Below, in pieces: positions 24,791-37,465 of a stretch of 64,000 nt of DNA (positions are counted from its first letter, which is position 1; each line of letters opens with the position of its first letter). Source of the stretch: Camelus dromedarius. Its lineage: Eukaryota. Both the position numbers and the translations under genes were made by a program. The stretch lies in the NCBI RefSeq assembly GCF_036321535.1, contig NC_087437.1, positions 48,362,001-48,426,000 of the forward strand, in the 5' to 3' direction. The notes beneath the pieces were generated by a model that was given only the letters and a program-made list of their open reading frames with translations, had not been told where the DNA came from and made no database searches.

Positions 24791-25740
24791 GGCGTCATCA
24801 TCTGAATGTCCAACTTTCAGCTTAGTCCAATGCCCTGAAGTTCCAAATGGTAAAACTGGGACCCAGGGAGTTTTCATGCTGACTCCAAAGGTCACAAAAG
24901 CTAGTCAGAGAGTGTTGCACCTGCTTCCTGGTGCTGTGTCCACATACTACATTGCTTAACAAAGCTGGTTTAGCATAATATTTCTGAGGTACAGAAGCAA
25001 TGAGCCTCATCCTAATGGAAGTACAAAATCCAGGTAACACTTTTGGCCATTATTAGCTTTTGAACCATCATTTTGGAATAATGCAGTTCACTCAGGCAGT
25101 CTTGTCACTGGGCAGATCAATAGCTCTGACCTACTTGATTATGTAACTTGCAATTGTGTTTCCATTATAAAACTCATTACCTAGTACAGCAAGAAAAAAA
25201 AATATCCTCACTTATCTTTCTTAGACTCTTTTCTCAAACTGTATATACTGAAGGTCAGGACTCCTGACCAGCTTTATAGCAACTTTCTGGCTTTTGATCA
25301 GGCACAGAAAACATAAGAGACCATAACTCTGATTCCACAATTAATTTTCATCCTAAATACCTAGACTGATGTTTAGACAGCTTTATGGATGCCATCCTGG
25401 GAATTTATTTCCTTAACATCTATATACAGTTCATTTGTTGCTTCCATAAGAGGTAAACCGAAGGGAGACTTTCACATTCCAAATCACAGCACAGGATGCA
25501 TCCTTCCCTTCACCTCCCTTCCCTTCCCTTCCTGTTTTTTCTTCCATGTGTTTCTTATCCTGTCCTTTTTCTTCCTTTCTGTCTTTTCCTTCACATCTCT
25601 CTCTTTTCTTCTTTAATCATTTATTGGTTGCTCACTGCATACAAGTCCTTGTACAGGAAAGTCTGAGGTAAAAGGAGACTGATAAAGAGCAAGGTCAGGT
25701 GTGTGGATGCATAAATGATGATACAGGAGTGTAAGACGAG

Positions 25741-26206
25741 AATAGCAGATATGCTCAGTGTTCCACTCTGTTCTCTCAGACCCCCTTACCATATATCAGC
25801 TTGACTGACAAAGGCAACAGTGGCATCTTTGTTGGGGGGCTGCCCTCAGGTTTCCAGAGCCCACTATGCCTATGTGCACCACAAGCCAGAAGTACCTGTA
25901 CCAGTACCAGGTAACTTGTAACCCAGGGCTAGTCAGTGTAGGGATAAAAATACCCAGATCCCACCTTCTTGTCTGGGATAATTCTGAGTACTAAGTTAGT
26001 TTTGCACAGTTTTCCAGAGTTTCTCTATATGACAGTAATGATCAGCTACCCATGACAATAGTTGAATTAATATCTCTTAAAGGCTGCCTTCTCTTCCCTG
26101 ATTGCTTTCTTCTGTATCTAGACACGTTCTCTGCACCTCTCAAAAGACTACTTGATTCAAACCCTTGTCTCTGAGTTGGCTTTGGGAAGAACCCAGACTT
26201 AGACAG
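25741..26206 (+). mobile_element. LTR16-family ERVL solo LTR
   Basis: Start agcagatatgctcagtgttccac; end aaacccttgtctctgagttggctttgggaagaacccagacttagaca. Confidence 0.75.
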
Positions 26207-26439
26207 AGTAACTCATGACATCCAGAACCTCTTTTCTAATGGGGAACAGATAATTATAAGACTAAAGTCATATGGGGACTAGGAGAAAACAATTCTGTCT
26301 GGCGGAGTTGGATACACTGTCAATTTAGGAGGTGACATTTGAACTAGGTCTTAAAAAATAAATGAGTGTTTGCCAAGTGGAGGTGATGAGATTCAGTAAC
26401 ATTAGCAGTGATACACTTGACATCTGTTTTCTCCTTTGA

Positions 26440-26630
26440 TTCTCAGAAAAGCTTTATGGATTAGGTGCTTCCAAATATCCTAATTTCCTAATTTTTACAA
26501 ATGAAAAAACTGGGATTTGAAGAGATTAATCAATTTACATGAGGTATTCTTCCTGGAAATGGCAGGGCTAAGATGACTTCAACCCAGACCCACATGGCTA
26601 CAGAGTCATAGCTCTTCATGACACTACACC
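26440..26630 (-). mobile_element. MIR fragment
   Basis: atttttacaaatgaaaaaactgggatttgaagagattaa ... ttcaacccagacc. Confidence 0.7.
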
Positions 26631-26659
26631 ATTCAGGAGAAAAAACAAAAACAAAAACA

Positions 26660-26870
26660 GGTTTTTGAGGCAGACAGATCTGAGCTTGAATCCTTTGAAC
26701 TGGCTGTGGGTCCTTGAGTGAAAATTAACATCTAAATCTGTTTTCTCCACTGAAATTGGAGATAATTACTTTGAAGAAAGTTTTTATAAGGTCTAACTGA
26801 AATGCAACATGTAAAGTACCCACTACAATGCTTGTTGTAAGTAGGCTCTCAATAACTAGAGCAGTAGTTA
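26660..26870 (+). mobile_element. MIR fragment, head-to-head with the previous copy
   Basis: gaggcagacagatctgagcttgaatcc ... tctgttttctccactgaaattggagataat ... gtaggctctcaataa. Confidence 0.75.
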
Positions 26871-28314
26871 CTGTCATATGTCATGATATATGATTATTAT
26901 AGGCAGGTGAAACTGTTCATGTGAAAATTGTGTGTGGAGATCTCTGAACACCAGCACCTCCTACTCCACAGTGTGGTAGTTAAATGTACCTATAGTGTAG
27001 TACTCATGGTGAAAAGCAGTGAGAAATGAGGTTACAATGGAATGTTAGGACCTGATATTTAACAGATACATATGTCAAGCTGAGGTTGACTTTATCCTAC
27101 AGGAAGCCATCAAAGGTTTTTATGCAGGGATGAAGATGACATGTTTACACCTGCATTTTGGTGTTAAGCAGGGATAGGATTGATTTGTTCAGATGTAGGA
27201 GGTGGAGTAGGGTGGATAACCAGAAGTCACTACAAATGATAGATTAAAGGATTGTGTGTCTGGGGGAAGAAAGACCTTTCAGGAGGCTTTGGGGATCTTC
27301 TGTAGGAGTTTTCCAATTCTCATTGCTCTCCAACATTTTCAAAGCACAGTAAAATTATTAAGTGGGAGTGAATTCAAAGACCGTGTGTGTGACCTTGAAA
27401 CAGCAGCCTCCCTTCCTCAGTCAGTGTCACTCAAATTTAATGCCCTCAGACTTGCTGTGGACACTGGGAATCTGCACGCTTGAGGGAAAAGACCTTACAG
27501 GTAATTCCCCCATTTTTCCCTCAGACTTCTGTCCTTGAGTCTTTTTGTGGACGATGAATCTTTGGTCTAGTCTACTTGGTTTCTAGCATTGACTCAGTCT
27601 GTGGTCTTGCCCTGGTCTGTAGAGTGCTCCCCTGAGCCTCAGTTTGCTCATCTGTAAATAGGCAATAATCACTTTCCGCTCTTCTTATAGAATCAAATGC
27701 CACCTAACTGTATATATTGTAGGTCACTATACAACATCTTGCTTATTAGTGAGACAAAACTGCTTTTCCACTCCGATCAAGGAGTCTCCTTCCATCTAAT
27801 AATTATTCCTGTGGGATGAGTTATTTGTTCACAAAAGCTAAATCACCATTCAGTTAAATCATTTCTTTATTTAAAAGTTGCAGTCACTACCTTCCTACTT
27901 GATCTTGTGGCAGAAGTCTAAAAATAAAATCATAAATTCATATAATTCAATTCCAACTTAATTTAACCTTTTTTTATGACATGGGTTTTAGAAAAAAATC
28001 TTTCAATTTTGTTTCTTTTGGACCATGAATTTTCCAAATTGATTACCTATCCATACCCAGTTTTATTACTTTATTTTCTTAAAATGATTTTTTCAATAAT
28101 TAATTGTTTCTTCTCAGAGTTGTAATAAGTAGAACAACAACTTCATCTGATTCATTTAATTCTCCTTCAGTTTATATCATTCTGCATCTCTTTCAAAGGC
28201 TAGATTCCATCACCTTCAAGATGCTGAAGGAGATGAGTTCCTCGCCTTAGAGCTTTTGCTTGCACTGTTCCATCTTGACTTATCAAAACTCTTTCTTTCA
28301 AAGCTCTGCCTAAA

Positions 28315-28420
28315 ATAACAGGGGAGATTGGGTGGGGAGAATATGGGAACCCTGTGCTATCTGCACAACTTTTCTGTAAATCTAAAACTACTCTAAAATT
28401 TTACTAAATGTTTTATTTTT
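28315..28420 (+). mobile_element. L1MB/MC 3' terminus
   Basis: ataacaggggagattgggtgggg...atatgggaaccctgtgctatctgcacaacttttctgtaaatctaaaacta. Confidence 0.8.
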
Positions 28421-28668
28421 TTAAAAAAATGATTATTCCAATTGGAAAAATAACGTGCGCAAAATTTAGATGTGGATGGTAGCCCTGTGTATTGTGGTGG
28501 GAAAGGGGGTGGATGAGGGAGGGGTAGAGAACAAAGGAGGTAAAAGGAGGAAGGTTGGGCTTAGCTAGCCTACAAAGTAATACTTTAAGGTGAAACTGGA
28601 AAGTACTCCAGGTGGTTTAACAGTAATCCAAGTGGTCAGCATTTTCTTTAAGGAAACTGATATCTAAC

Positions 28669-29193
28669 TGTAGCAGCCTGCCTCCAAGAGAGCTTTCAAT
28701 GATCCATATATTCCGGTATTCACACTCATATGTAAATTCCTCCCACATGAAATCAGGGCTGTCCAGATGTGACCAATAGAATATGGTGGGAATGGTAGTA
28801 TGTGATTTCCCAGGTAAGCTCATAAATGACATTGCAATTTTCACCTTGGTTCCTCGGATCTCACTCACTTCAGAGGAAGCTAGCTGCCACACCGTGAGTA
28901 TACTCAAGCAGCTCTGTGGAACAGTCTTCACAGAGAGAAACCAAAGCCCCCGTCAACAGTTTGGAAGAACCTGCTAGCTATGCAAGTGAGCCTCATTGGA
29001 TCCTCCACTTCCTTCAGATGACTGCAGCCCCATTTGACAAATGACTGCAACAGCATTAGAGACTCTACGTAACGATAGCCCAGCTGAGCCTTCTTAATTT
29101 CTTGATCCACGGGAACCATGAAAAACAGTAAATCATCATTCTTGTTTTAAGACATTAAGTTTCGGGGTGATTTATATGATGCAAAAACTAACT
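28669..29193 (+). mobile_element. MaLR solo LTR (MLT1F-like)
   Basis: Start tgtagcagcctgcctccaag; gtgaccaatagaatatggtgg; ccttcagatgactgcagccc; end ttgttttaagacattaagtttcggggtgattt. Confidence 0.85.
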
Positions 29194-29196
29194 TAA

Positions 29197-29400
29197 AGAC
29201 TAATATTTATTGAGTGCCTACTATGTGCCAGGAATTTTACTAGGTGTTTTTGCAAACATTATTTCTGTACCTAGTCATTTGGCATAGATATATTTATGTT
29301 TATTTTACAGATTTAAACAAATTCAAAGCCAAGATAATTTAAGTTACCTACTTATAAGTGATAAAGTCTTGAGGCCATCTGACTCCAGGCCAGTGTTCCT
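29197..29400 (-). mobile_element. MIR fragment
   Basis: taatatttattgagtgcctactatgtgccagg ... attttacagat ... atctgactccaggcc. Confidence 0.75.
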
Positions 29401-29709
29401 TAATATCAAGTAAAATGTTGACTGAGCAAACAGAATGAGGAGAGGCTGAGAGCGCAGAACTGGCAAGACACCATGGCAGAGACTTATAAAATACTATCCT
29501 TTTGGTGGGGTGGGTAGGGGTGGGAGGCGGTAGGATAGGAGAGAAGGAAGGAAATAAGATAATGGAAGAAAAGCACTATTTGGGTGAGAATTGGTAAAGA
29601 ACTTTGAAGCAAAAATGGATTTGCCATGAGAGGCAGCTGGGAACTCAGTGCCACCTAGTAATTTATTACTGAGGACTCTTAAATGTCCAGCTCCATTTTG
29701 TAACAGTTA

Positions 29710-30040
29710 GGAACACTAAAAAATAATCTAAATGAATCAATATACAAAACAGAAACAGACTCACAGACATAGAAAACAAACTTATGGTTACCAAAGAGGG
29801 AAGTGGGTGGATAAATTAGGAGTATAAGATTAAAAGACACAAACTACCATATATAAAATACATAAGCAACAAGAACTTACTGTATAGCACAGGGAATTAT
29901 ATTCAATATCTTGTAATGAGCTACAATGGAAAATAATCTGAAAAATATATATGTAACTGAAGCACTTTGCAGTATACCTGAAACTAACACAAATATTACA
30001 AATTAACTATACTTCAACTTAAAAAAAGTAATTAAAAAAA
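29710..30040 (+). mobile_element. Young L1 3'UTR terminal fragment with A-tail
   Basis: tatacaaaacagaaacagactcacagacatagaaaacaaacttatggttacc ... tgtatagcacagggaattatattcaatatc ... ctatacttcaacttaaaaaaa. Confidence 0.9.
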
Positions 30041-31176
30041 GAAGTGTTCTATTGGTATATGTGTGACTGGATTAAGCCAGAGAAAAAGAATAGGTAACAG
30101 AGAATCAGTCAATGTTTAAACTGGGATGATGGTTATAAAAAATATTTCGAGCTGCTAATTTCTGTTCCTAAGAAAGTTGTTTATCAAATTTAAGAATTTG
30201 GTCCTTCTTCAAAATTTCACTAAGAAGAACATTTCTGCCTTTCTTCTCATTCATGTTACTTGTAAACCTCCAGGGAGTTCATAAATATTCACATATACAA
30301 ATAGAGTACTAATAGAGTGATGTAACTTCATGCATGAGTCAACACCTTGGAATTTATTTCCATAATCTTCAATTGTAAACCAGAGAACAGTTTGTTTTCT
30401 TATCTGCATGGTAAGGTTTTAAAAGAATGATTGATTAAGTCCTTAGGAAGAGAATCTTGGTTTAGAACCAGTAACAAAAATGTTTCCAGTTTAAACAAAG
30501 TAAACTGTGGATTGAAGAATGAAAGTTTCTTATATTGAGACTTATACCATAACCTATACTTGTGCCTCTGGACAAAATTTCTTTTTGATACATTATCTTC
30601 CTTTAGTGAGTATCTGCAGACATCAATTCACGTGGTCAGGAGAGGGCACCAACATATATTTTCACTATTTGGAGAAATGGCAATGTGTCCCATTTTTGAA
30701 AGACATCTTTTCACCGAGTGCTTGAAACTGATGATCTGTGACCTGATCTGAGAAGCATTTCTTTGAAAGGTACTTATTTTGGTATGCCGTTTGAGGATAA
30801 TGACTAGAATTACTTAACATAATGATTTTACTTTATCTTTCTTTCTTTTATAATGTATGCCACCGTTCTGAACTATGAAATTACTCGACTTTCATTGTTA
30901 ACTAACTGGCCTAAAAAGTCATCAATGCATAAATTTATGACTTAGAAAAAGTTCATTCAGGAAGCTCTTAGGTTTTTGGGGCAGTTATGTAATACACAAT
31001 ACCAGTGGAAAGAATTTTCCCAATTGGGAATTATTGTTGGAAAGTTACATACAGAATGGGAAATAATATAAGATCATGAGAATGAAGATACTGTTTAAAA
31101 TTTCAGCACTTTTCGTGGAAAGCTTGTGACAGAACCAATAGGACCTTTACTTTATAAGCAACAGGTCTAACCAGCT

Positions 31177-31585
31177 GTATCTGTGAAGGTAATATCACCT
31201 AACACAGGAGGCAAATCCTCATATCTCAGAGGCATAACAGGAGAGCAGTTGATTTCTCACTTAGGTAAATCCTGATTGACAAGTGGCTTTCTAGCAAATG
31301 GTTCAAGCACCCAGATTCTTCTAGCTTGTGGCTCTATAACATCAACATGTGGCTTCCAAGGTCACTATGTTCATCTGTATCAAGCCAGAGGAAATGAAAA
31401 TTATGCATGAGGGGCTTTACGGACCAGTGGTAAATGAATATACATCACCTTTGAACTTACTCTATTTGCCAAGGTTCACTGACATGGCCACATCTAACTG
31501 CAAAGGAGGCTGGGAAATATAGTCTACTTGAGTGTCCAGCAAGAAGAGGAAATATTTGACAACATCAGCTAGCAATTTCTACCAT
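31177..31585 (-). mobile_element. MLT1-type MaLR LTR
   Basis: acatgtggcttccaaggtcac, acatggccacatctaactgcaaaggaggctgggaaatatagtct. Confidence 0.8.
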
Positions 31586-32859
31586 AAAAGCCACCTGCTT
31601 TATCCTTTTAAATGTCAGTTCTGGGGGTCTAAATGAATAGCAAATTTATATTCACCAATATTTTGAGTGAAGAAATACAAAACCACTGGCACTAATTTTT
31701 CTAAGTGCTCTGATTTGTCATTTGTCATTGTCTAGAAAGTGAGAATGTAACTGTTTCTCAGATTTTGTATTGGTATTGACAGAATTATCCAGAGTTATTT
31801 ATTTATTTATTTTTGGCTAAGCCATATCATCATGAGCTCTTTATTTGTAAAGTAATTTTCATGTATCCCACTTTATCATTACTGACTTAAGTAGAAATTA
31901 ATAAGTGGTTTATGATACCAAATCATCTCACTATGTGGATCACTGAAACCCTCTCCTCAATCATGATGGCACCAAAACATGATAAATTCTCCTGCCCCTT
32001 TCTTTAGAAAAAAATACTCTGATAGTTTTTTTCCCCTCTTTCTGTCTCTAAATAAGGCTCTGGAAACCTGCTATAATTAAAAGCAGCAGCATTCTCTGGT
32101 AATGGGAATCATGGGAATGTTCTCAGACCAATTTGTTTCTCAGCTCAAGTTTACCATAAGAGCTGTTTTTGGTACAGAGACTCTCAAGGGAAATCAAGGG
32201 AACCTCAGAAACTTGTTCAGAATTTCCAGGTTAACTGGAACGGGGAAGCTGTGACAAGTGGCTGTGCCACCTGCAATTTGATGAGCAGCTGGAGGCCCCC
32301 AAACAAGAAGCATCTTCCCTACGTATCTGCAAACTGCCCCTCCACAAACACACAAATCTTATTCCAAGTCAGCCCATCAGAGTCAGAACTCTGAATGTTC
32401 TATTTCATTAAGATGTTAACATTACTGCCATTTAAAAATTTCATAGACAATTATTGAGAAATAACTTAAAGAAGAAAAGTGTTCACAATGCATTATGTCG
32501 AATAGTTCTTGGTTTACTAAATGACCTGAGTAACAGAAGTTAGTCCTCAGACCACCCTGACTATAACACACTCCTTCCTTCTTAGCACTGCTACAGGACA
32601 TCTTGTCATAGCATCCTACTAGCAATTTCCATTTGTAGCTCTACATTAATGATAATTAAGGAGGTTTCCAAAAGAAAACACAGGCAATCTTAACATCTTA
32701 ACAAATTAGCTACTTCCAATTTTTCTAACTTGTTTCTCATCCTTATTTGTATGTATTTAGGGCATTGCTGTTATTGTTGTTGATGACGTTCTTGTTGATA
32801 TCTTTTAACCTCTTTTTACTTCTTCTGGTGTCCCAAGGAGCCTGGTTTGAACAGAGTTA

Positions 32860-33870
32860 AGTATTTAATAAACATTTGTTGACAAATATTTATTGTGCTC
32901 CTACCAGGTGCTAAGTACTGTTCCACGTCCTGGGAGACAGTGATCAATGAGACATAAATTCGGCCTCAAGTAGCTTATGTTCTCAGAGTGAAGATGGGGA
33001 GAGAGATAGACAATAAGATGTAAAGACATAAATTAGGTAATGAGATAAGTATGGAGAGCTGAGTGAATGATTAGTCCAAGCAGAAAACAGCAGTTGCAAA
33101 AGGTGCAGATGTTGTGTATTCAAGGTACAGCACAAAGGCCACTGCAGCTAAAATAAAGAGTGAAGAGAGAAAGGGAAAGAGATAAGGTGGCAGAAGTCAA
33201 TAGGGGATTTTGGAGTCCCTGAAGATATTACAGAATTTATCGAGAAGCCATAGGAAGGTAGTAAGAGGCATGGCAAGATCTAATTTATGCTTTGATGACT
33301 CCAGTTTCCATGTGACAGATGTGTAGAAAGGCAAGAGGAAAGTCTGGGTGGACAGATGAGTCTGGTCTTAAACTAGGACTATATCGGGGACAGAATGAGA
33401 AATGCTTAGATTCTAGGTCTATTTGGAAGCAGAGGCAACAGGGTTACAATGAACTAAATGTGTGCAAGGAGGAATTAAGTGAAATCAAGGATGACTACCA
33501 GGCATCCAGGTATCATTTAGGAGTGGGGTCCCATATATTATAATAGAGATAATTTGATGATATTCATTCAAACAGTTATTCAATGATTACTTTGTGTCAG
33601 ACAGTATGCTAGGCATTGTGACCAGGAAGAATCCCCTGGGGAATTCTAATCCAAGCAAGAGTGCTGAGGGCTGGCATTAAGGCAGAGGAAGAAGGATAAA
33701 GAGGAAATGACAAATTTAAGAAATATGTGGGAGGTGGACTTGGCAGAATATGGTGCCTGATGTTGAGAGTTAGAAAAGATTCTGGGATGATCTGAAAATT
33801 TCTGATTTAAGTGGGTGGATGGTGATGCCATTAACATAGAGGGAGTGCATGATAAGAAATTAGTTTGTGG
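32860..33870 (-). mobile_element. L2 3' fragments (more than one copy)
   Basis: caaatatttattgtgctcctaccagg; cattcaaacagttattcaatgattactttgtgtcagacagtatgctaggc; ggatggtgatgccattaac. Confidence 0.7.
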
Positions 33871-33887
33871 AGAAACTCCTCACTACA

Positions 33888-34100
33888 TTAATAACAGAAG
33901 CTAATATTACGGATCACTTCTTACCTACCAGGCACTGTGCTTAGTGCTTAACACAAACATTTAATCCTCAAGACACTATTGATGCACTATTGTCCCTGTT
34001 TTTACAGAGGAGTAATCTGGGAAATACGGAGGTGAAGTAACTTGCTCAGTGCTACCTAAGTAGTAAGTCAGAGAGTCAGGCCTTGAATCCCTGACACCAG
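33888..34100 (-). mobile_element. MIR
   Basis: ccaggcactgtgcttagtgcttaac ... tttaatcctca ... tttacagaggag ... gaggtgaagtaacttgctc. Confidence 0.8.
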
Positions 34101-34229
34101 TACTTGTGGATGTTGGGTTTGAGTTGCCATGGATATCCAGTTAGGGGCACTCAGTAGATTTATAAATATAGATCTAGAACTTGGGATGTGACCAGGAGAT
34201 ACAGATTTGAGAATTGTCAGCATAATAGT

Positions 34230-34378
34230 GATTGTTTGATTCCATATCCTGTATTAGCTTCCTTCTCTTCCTTGTCTTGCTTTCTTCCGCTCCTAATGTG
34301 TTTCCAGAATCGCCTTCCAAATAATCTGTTTGCACTTGACCCAGAATCTACTTCTGAGAGGACCCAAATCCAGACAGA
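34230..34378 (+). mobile_element. ERVL LTR (LTR16/LTR33-like) 3' fragment inside L2 sequence
   Basis: ccttccaaataatctgtttgcacttg...tctacttctgagaggacccaaatccagaca. Confidence 0.6.
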
Positions 34379-35599
34379 AACTGACTGAAAAGTAAATAGA
34401 CGGTGAAGAAGAAATAGCAACAAGCCCTTTCTTAGGAGGCTGGCTATGAAAGGAGGGAAATCAACAGGGAAGTAACCACAAGAGAATGTAGGATTACTTT
34501 TTAAGAGAGGAAAACAACCAAGTTTATTGCTAGGAGGAAAGAGTTAATAGTAAGGGGAACATTGAAGAGGTCCTGGTAAAAAATCTATTTTCTGTGAGGC
34601 TGAGAAAAAGTTTTTGGCTCGGAGGGAGGGGTGACAGAGAGAAGGTAGACTGGGGTTTCCTCTGGTTGCTGAGAGGTGGAAGACCACAGATTTTTGCTGA
34701 TATCAGTCTGAGTGCTTGCATGATTTTTGCCATCAGAGCTCAGCAATCAGGGAGTAGAAGTGGAGAAGATGACTGGAACAACATGAAACTGAGTTAGAAC
34801 TTCCAGAACTGACTTCCTTGAGCAATCCAAGTGTCCAGGGTAGGAACAACAGTGTCCATGAAAGTGCAGATAGCCCAGACATTTCCAGCAACTCTAGTTC
34901 TTGCTGACCTGATCACAGACCAATTGACTGAAACTTCAAACCCCCAACCACCTCTGCTTTGTCTTCTTAACTTCCCTTTGCCTTACCAATTTCTGCCTTA
35001 CAACTTCCCTGACCTTCAGACTTCATGAATATTCTTACTGTCTTTTTTTTTTTTAAGTAAAATTAAAAGTTATGAAGTCACTGAGTTAAGAGTTGCTGAA
35101 GTTGGAAACATTTTGAATACAAAGAAACAATCCCAGAGAGGTGCTCACTTTCCAAGATTATAAAACAAGTTAGTGGGAAAGCCAAGGGACATTGCTTTCT
35201 CTACTGTACTGAGATGTCTACTGTAAAAGTAGGAACAAAGAGGCAAGAGCAGAGAGGGGGATGTGCAAAAAGGAAAGTGTTTGGACTTTATCCTTTATTT
35301 AAAAAAATTCTAATTTGCATTACTTTTTTCTTAATTTTTGCTAAATATTTTTATTTCCACAATTTATTGCTTTAGTTTCCATCAGGGACCAGATACAGTA
35401 ACATAATAACCCTGCTTCCCTCACTGCAGCCATTATCACTTTGTCTTTCAAGGACTGACTTCCCTTCCACTAAAAAGGATGGGGTGATGTGGATGAGATT
35501 GCTGCAGGCAGCTTGGAGCCTGGTGTCCACAACTGAGAGTCCCTCCTACTTCCTTAAGGAAGCACCTCTGCACTCAGCTCTGTCCCAGGAGGCAAAGAG

Positions 35600-35925
35600 G
35601 GCAAGAGATCAGGCAGGCTAATTAACTCAGATCTCTCCCTTTGGCCGAGGAAATCATTAATCATAGAGCCACCACATGGCTAGTGATCTTTTAATGATGA
35701 TTTTAATTTGCATACTAAGCAAACAGTCTCAAGAATGTTGCTTTGGGTAGAATTTGTGAGCCATGCCTAAGCAGGTTATTTCAAAGTCAACTGCACTTTA
35801 ATACTCTTTTCTGAAAAGTCACTCTTTCATTTTGACAGCTTCATTTTGTAAATACCATCACCGGGCTGTCATTTGCTTGGTGCTGGGTAAATTAATCCCA
35901 ACCAAGCATTTATTAGTTTTAATAA
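35600..35925. promoter_or_regulatory. Candidate enhancer (non-repetitive, motif-dense)
   Basis: Octamer ATTTGCAT at 35706, forkhead-like TAAGCAAACA at 35716 and TGTAAATA at 35847, inverted TGACAG/CTGTCA at 35833 and 35866, multiple TAAT cores. Confidence 0.3.
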
Positions 35926-36559
35926 AAAAGGGAAAAAAATCTAAATTTAAAATTGCTTTTAAAATTGTAATACTTGTGAAATAGCCTGGGTTTTAGAACC
36001 TAAAAAGGATTTTAGATATTATCTGCTCCAAGCGATTTGCAAATAAAATTAAGATCCAGAGATGTTAAGTGACTCACCAGAGGTCACAGAGCAACTGACT
36101 GGCAGAGCTGAACTGGATCAAAAATCTGTTATTTTCCCCTCAAACTCTTAATGAAATTAGATACATTAAGATACCATCGTGCTTCAAAACAATATACTGT
36201 TTTTTCAGAATCAGTTAAATCCTACATAGCTGAGTGTATCTGCATTCCAAATTAGACAGCTTGGCTCACAAGCATTTTTGCTGTCAAAAGCCATATCATC
36301 TCAAGCTAATTTCCTTAATTTGAAAAACAAAATTTACTTAACTTGTTTTTCATTAAGTAATAATACTTGTCTTGCAGTAATGTGGCCCCAAAATTGCAAT
36401 CACGAAAAGAAACAGGTTAATTTTACTCAGAACAGTACTTAAAAGAAACAATTATATCTCAAAGACTTCAGGGTGTAACGTATAGGGAATAAAGTGGCCT
36501 GCTTTAATAAGAAAAGATAAGACATTTGAAGCAATTTACAGTTTTACAAATGATCTTAC

Positions 36560-36735
36560 AGCTACCCAAATTATTATAAATTATCCAATGGTGTTACTAT
36601 CTTTTACAACTTAAGACACAGGGTTGCTATGTGACTTGTTCAAAGTCACACAGCTAGTTGGTGGCCCTGCCTAGGTGAGATCCTGGGCTCGAGGTCTCCT
36701 GGCTCTCAGTTCAGAGTTTCCCTGACACTACACTA
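36560..36735 (-). mobile_element. MIR fragment
   Basis: gtgacttgttcaaagtcacacagctagttggtggc ... aggtctcctggctctcagt. Confidence 0.75.
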
Positions 36736-37002
36736 AAAGCCCTTCATTGAACCATGTGTGATATTATGGTTACTCTGTGTCCTGGACACTGGCTAAGTGA
36801 CCAGATGCTCACCCAGTAAAGGGCACGGCTAAATTCCTTGATTGAGGTCTAGTGTCTGGGAGAAGTGGGACAGAACATGTTGCTCCCTACTTCATCAGAG
36901 TTCTGACTCCAGCGTGGGCCCTGCTAATTCTCTGACTCACCGCAAAGCTACCTCCACCGGCGGGTACCACAGCCCTCCTTGGAAAATGCCCTCCCTTCCT
37001 AC

Positions 37003-37465
37003 TTTTAAAGAGCAAAAACACAGGCCCCAAATGGTGTCACTTGTGCTAAAGCCCATGATGCCAAACCTAGATTGAACACCTAATCTAATTGCAATTTCAA
37101 CCTTCATCAAAAATGTAATCTTAATCAACCATTCTGGAATTTTCTGGTCAGAACCAATGAGGTAATCTGTCACATGGGCCCTCTCCATCCCACCCCTGCC
37201 CAACTAGGGAAGAAGAGGCAATCTGCATGATAAAACCCATTTGGTCCCTCATCCTTAAAAAAGATGATGTACTGATGCAAAAGAACTTTCATCTTTTGCT
37301 GTGACTTCCTTACCCTATCCTCCTTTCTATAAAAAAAAAAACTTTCATTTTATATAACTCCTTGGAGCACACTTCTCGTTGCTAGATGGGATGCTGCCCA
37401 ATCCATGAATCACAGAAGAAAGCCAATTAAATCTTCAAATTTCCTCGGCTGAATTTTTTTTAACA
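37003..37465 (+). mobile_element. ERV1 solo LTR (MER34-like)
   Basis: caggccccaaatggtgtcacttgtgctaa ... tgctagatgggatgctgcccaatccatgaatc ... ttttaaca; related to 53060-53439. Confidence 0.8.

Noticed and set aside
20076..26206. The two LTR16-like LTRs as a proviral pair
   Set aside because: The first is a 3' LTR (PPT upstream), the two sequences are quite different, and the interval contains L1/L2 rather than ERV internal sequence.
29711..30049. gaacact/agtgttc inverted repeat flanking the L1 fragment as terminal inverted repeats
   Set aside because: Only 7 bp, the left copy is part of the L1 sequence itself, and the element has an A-tail.
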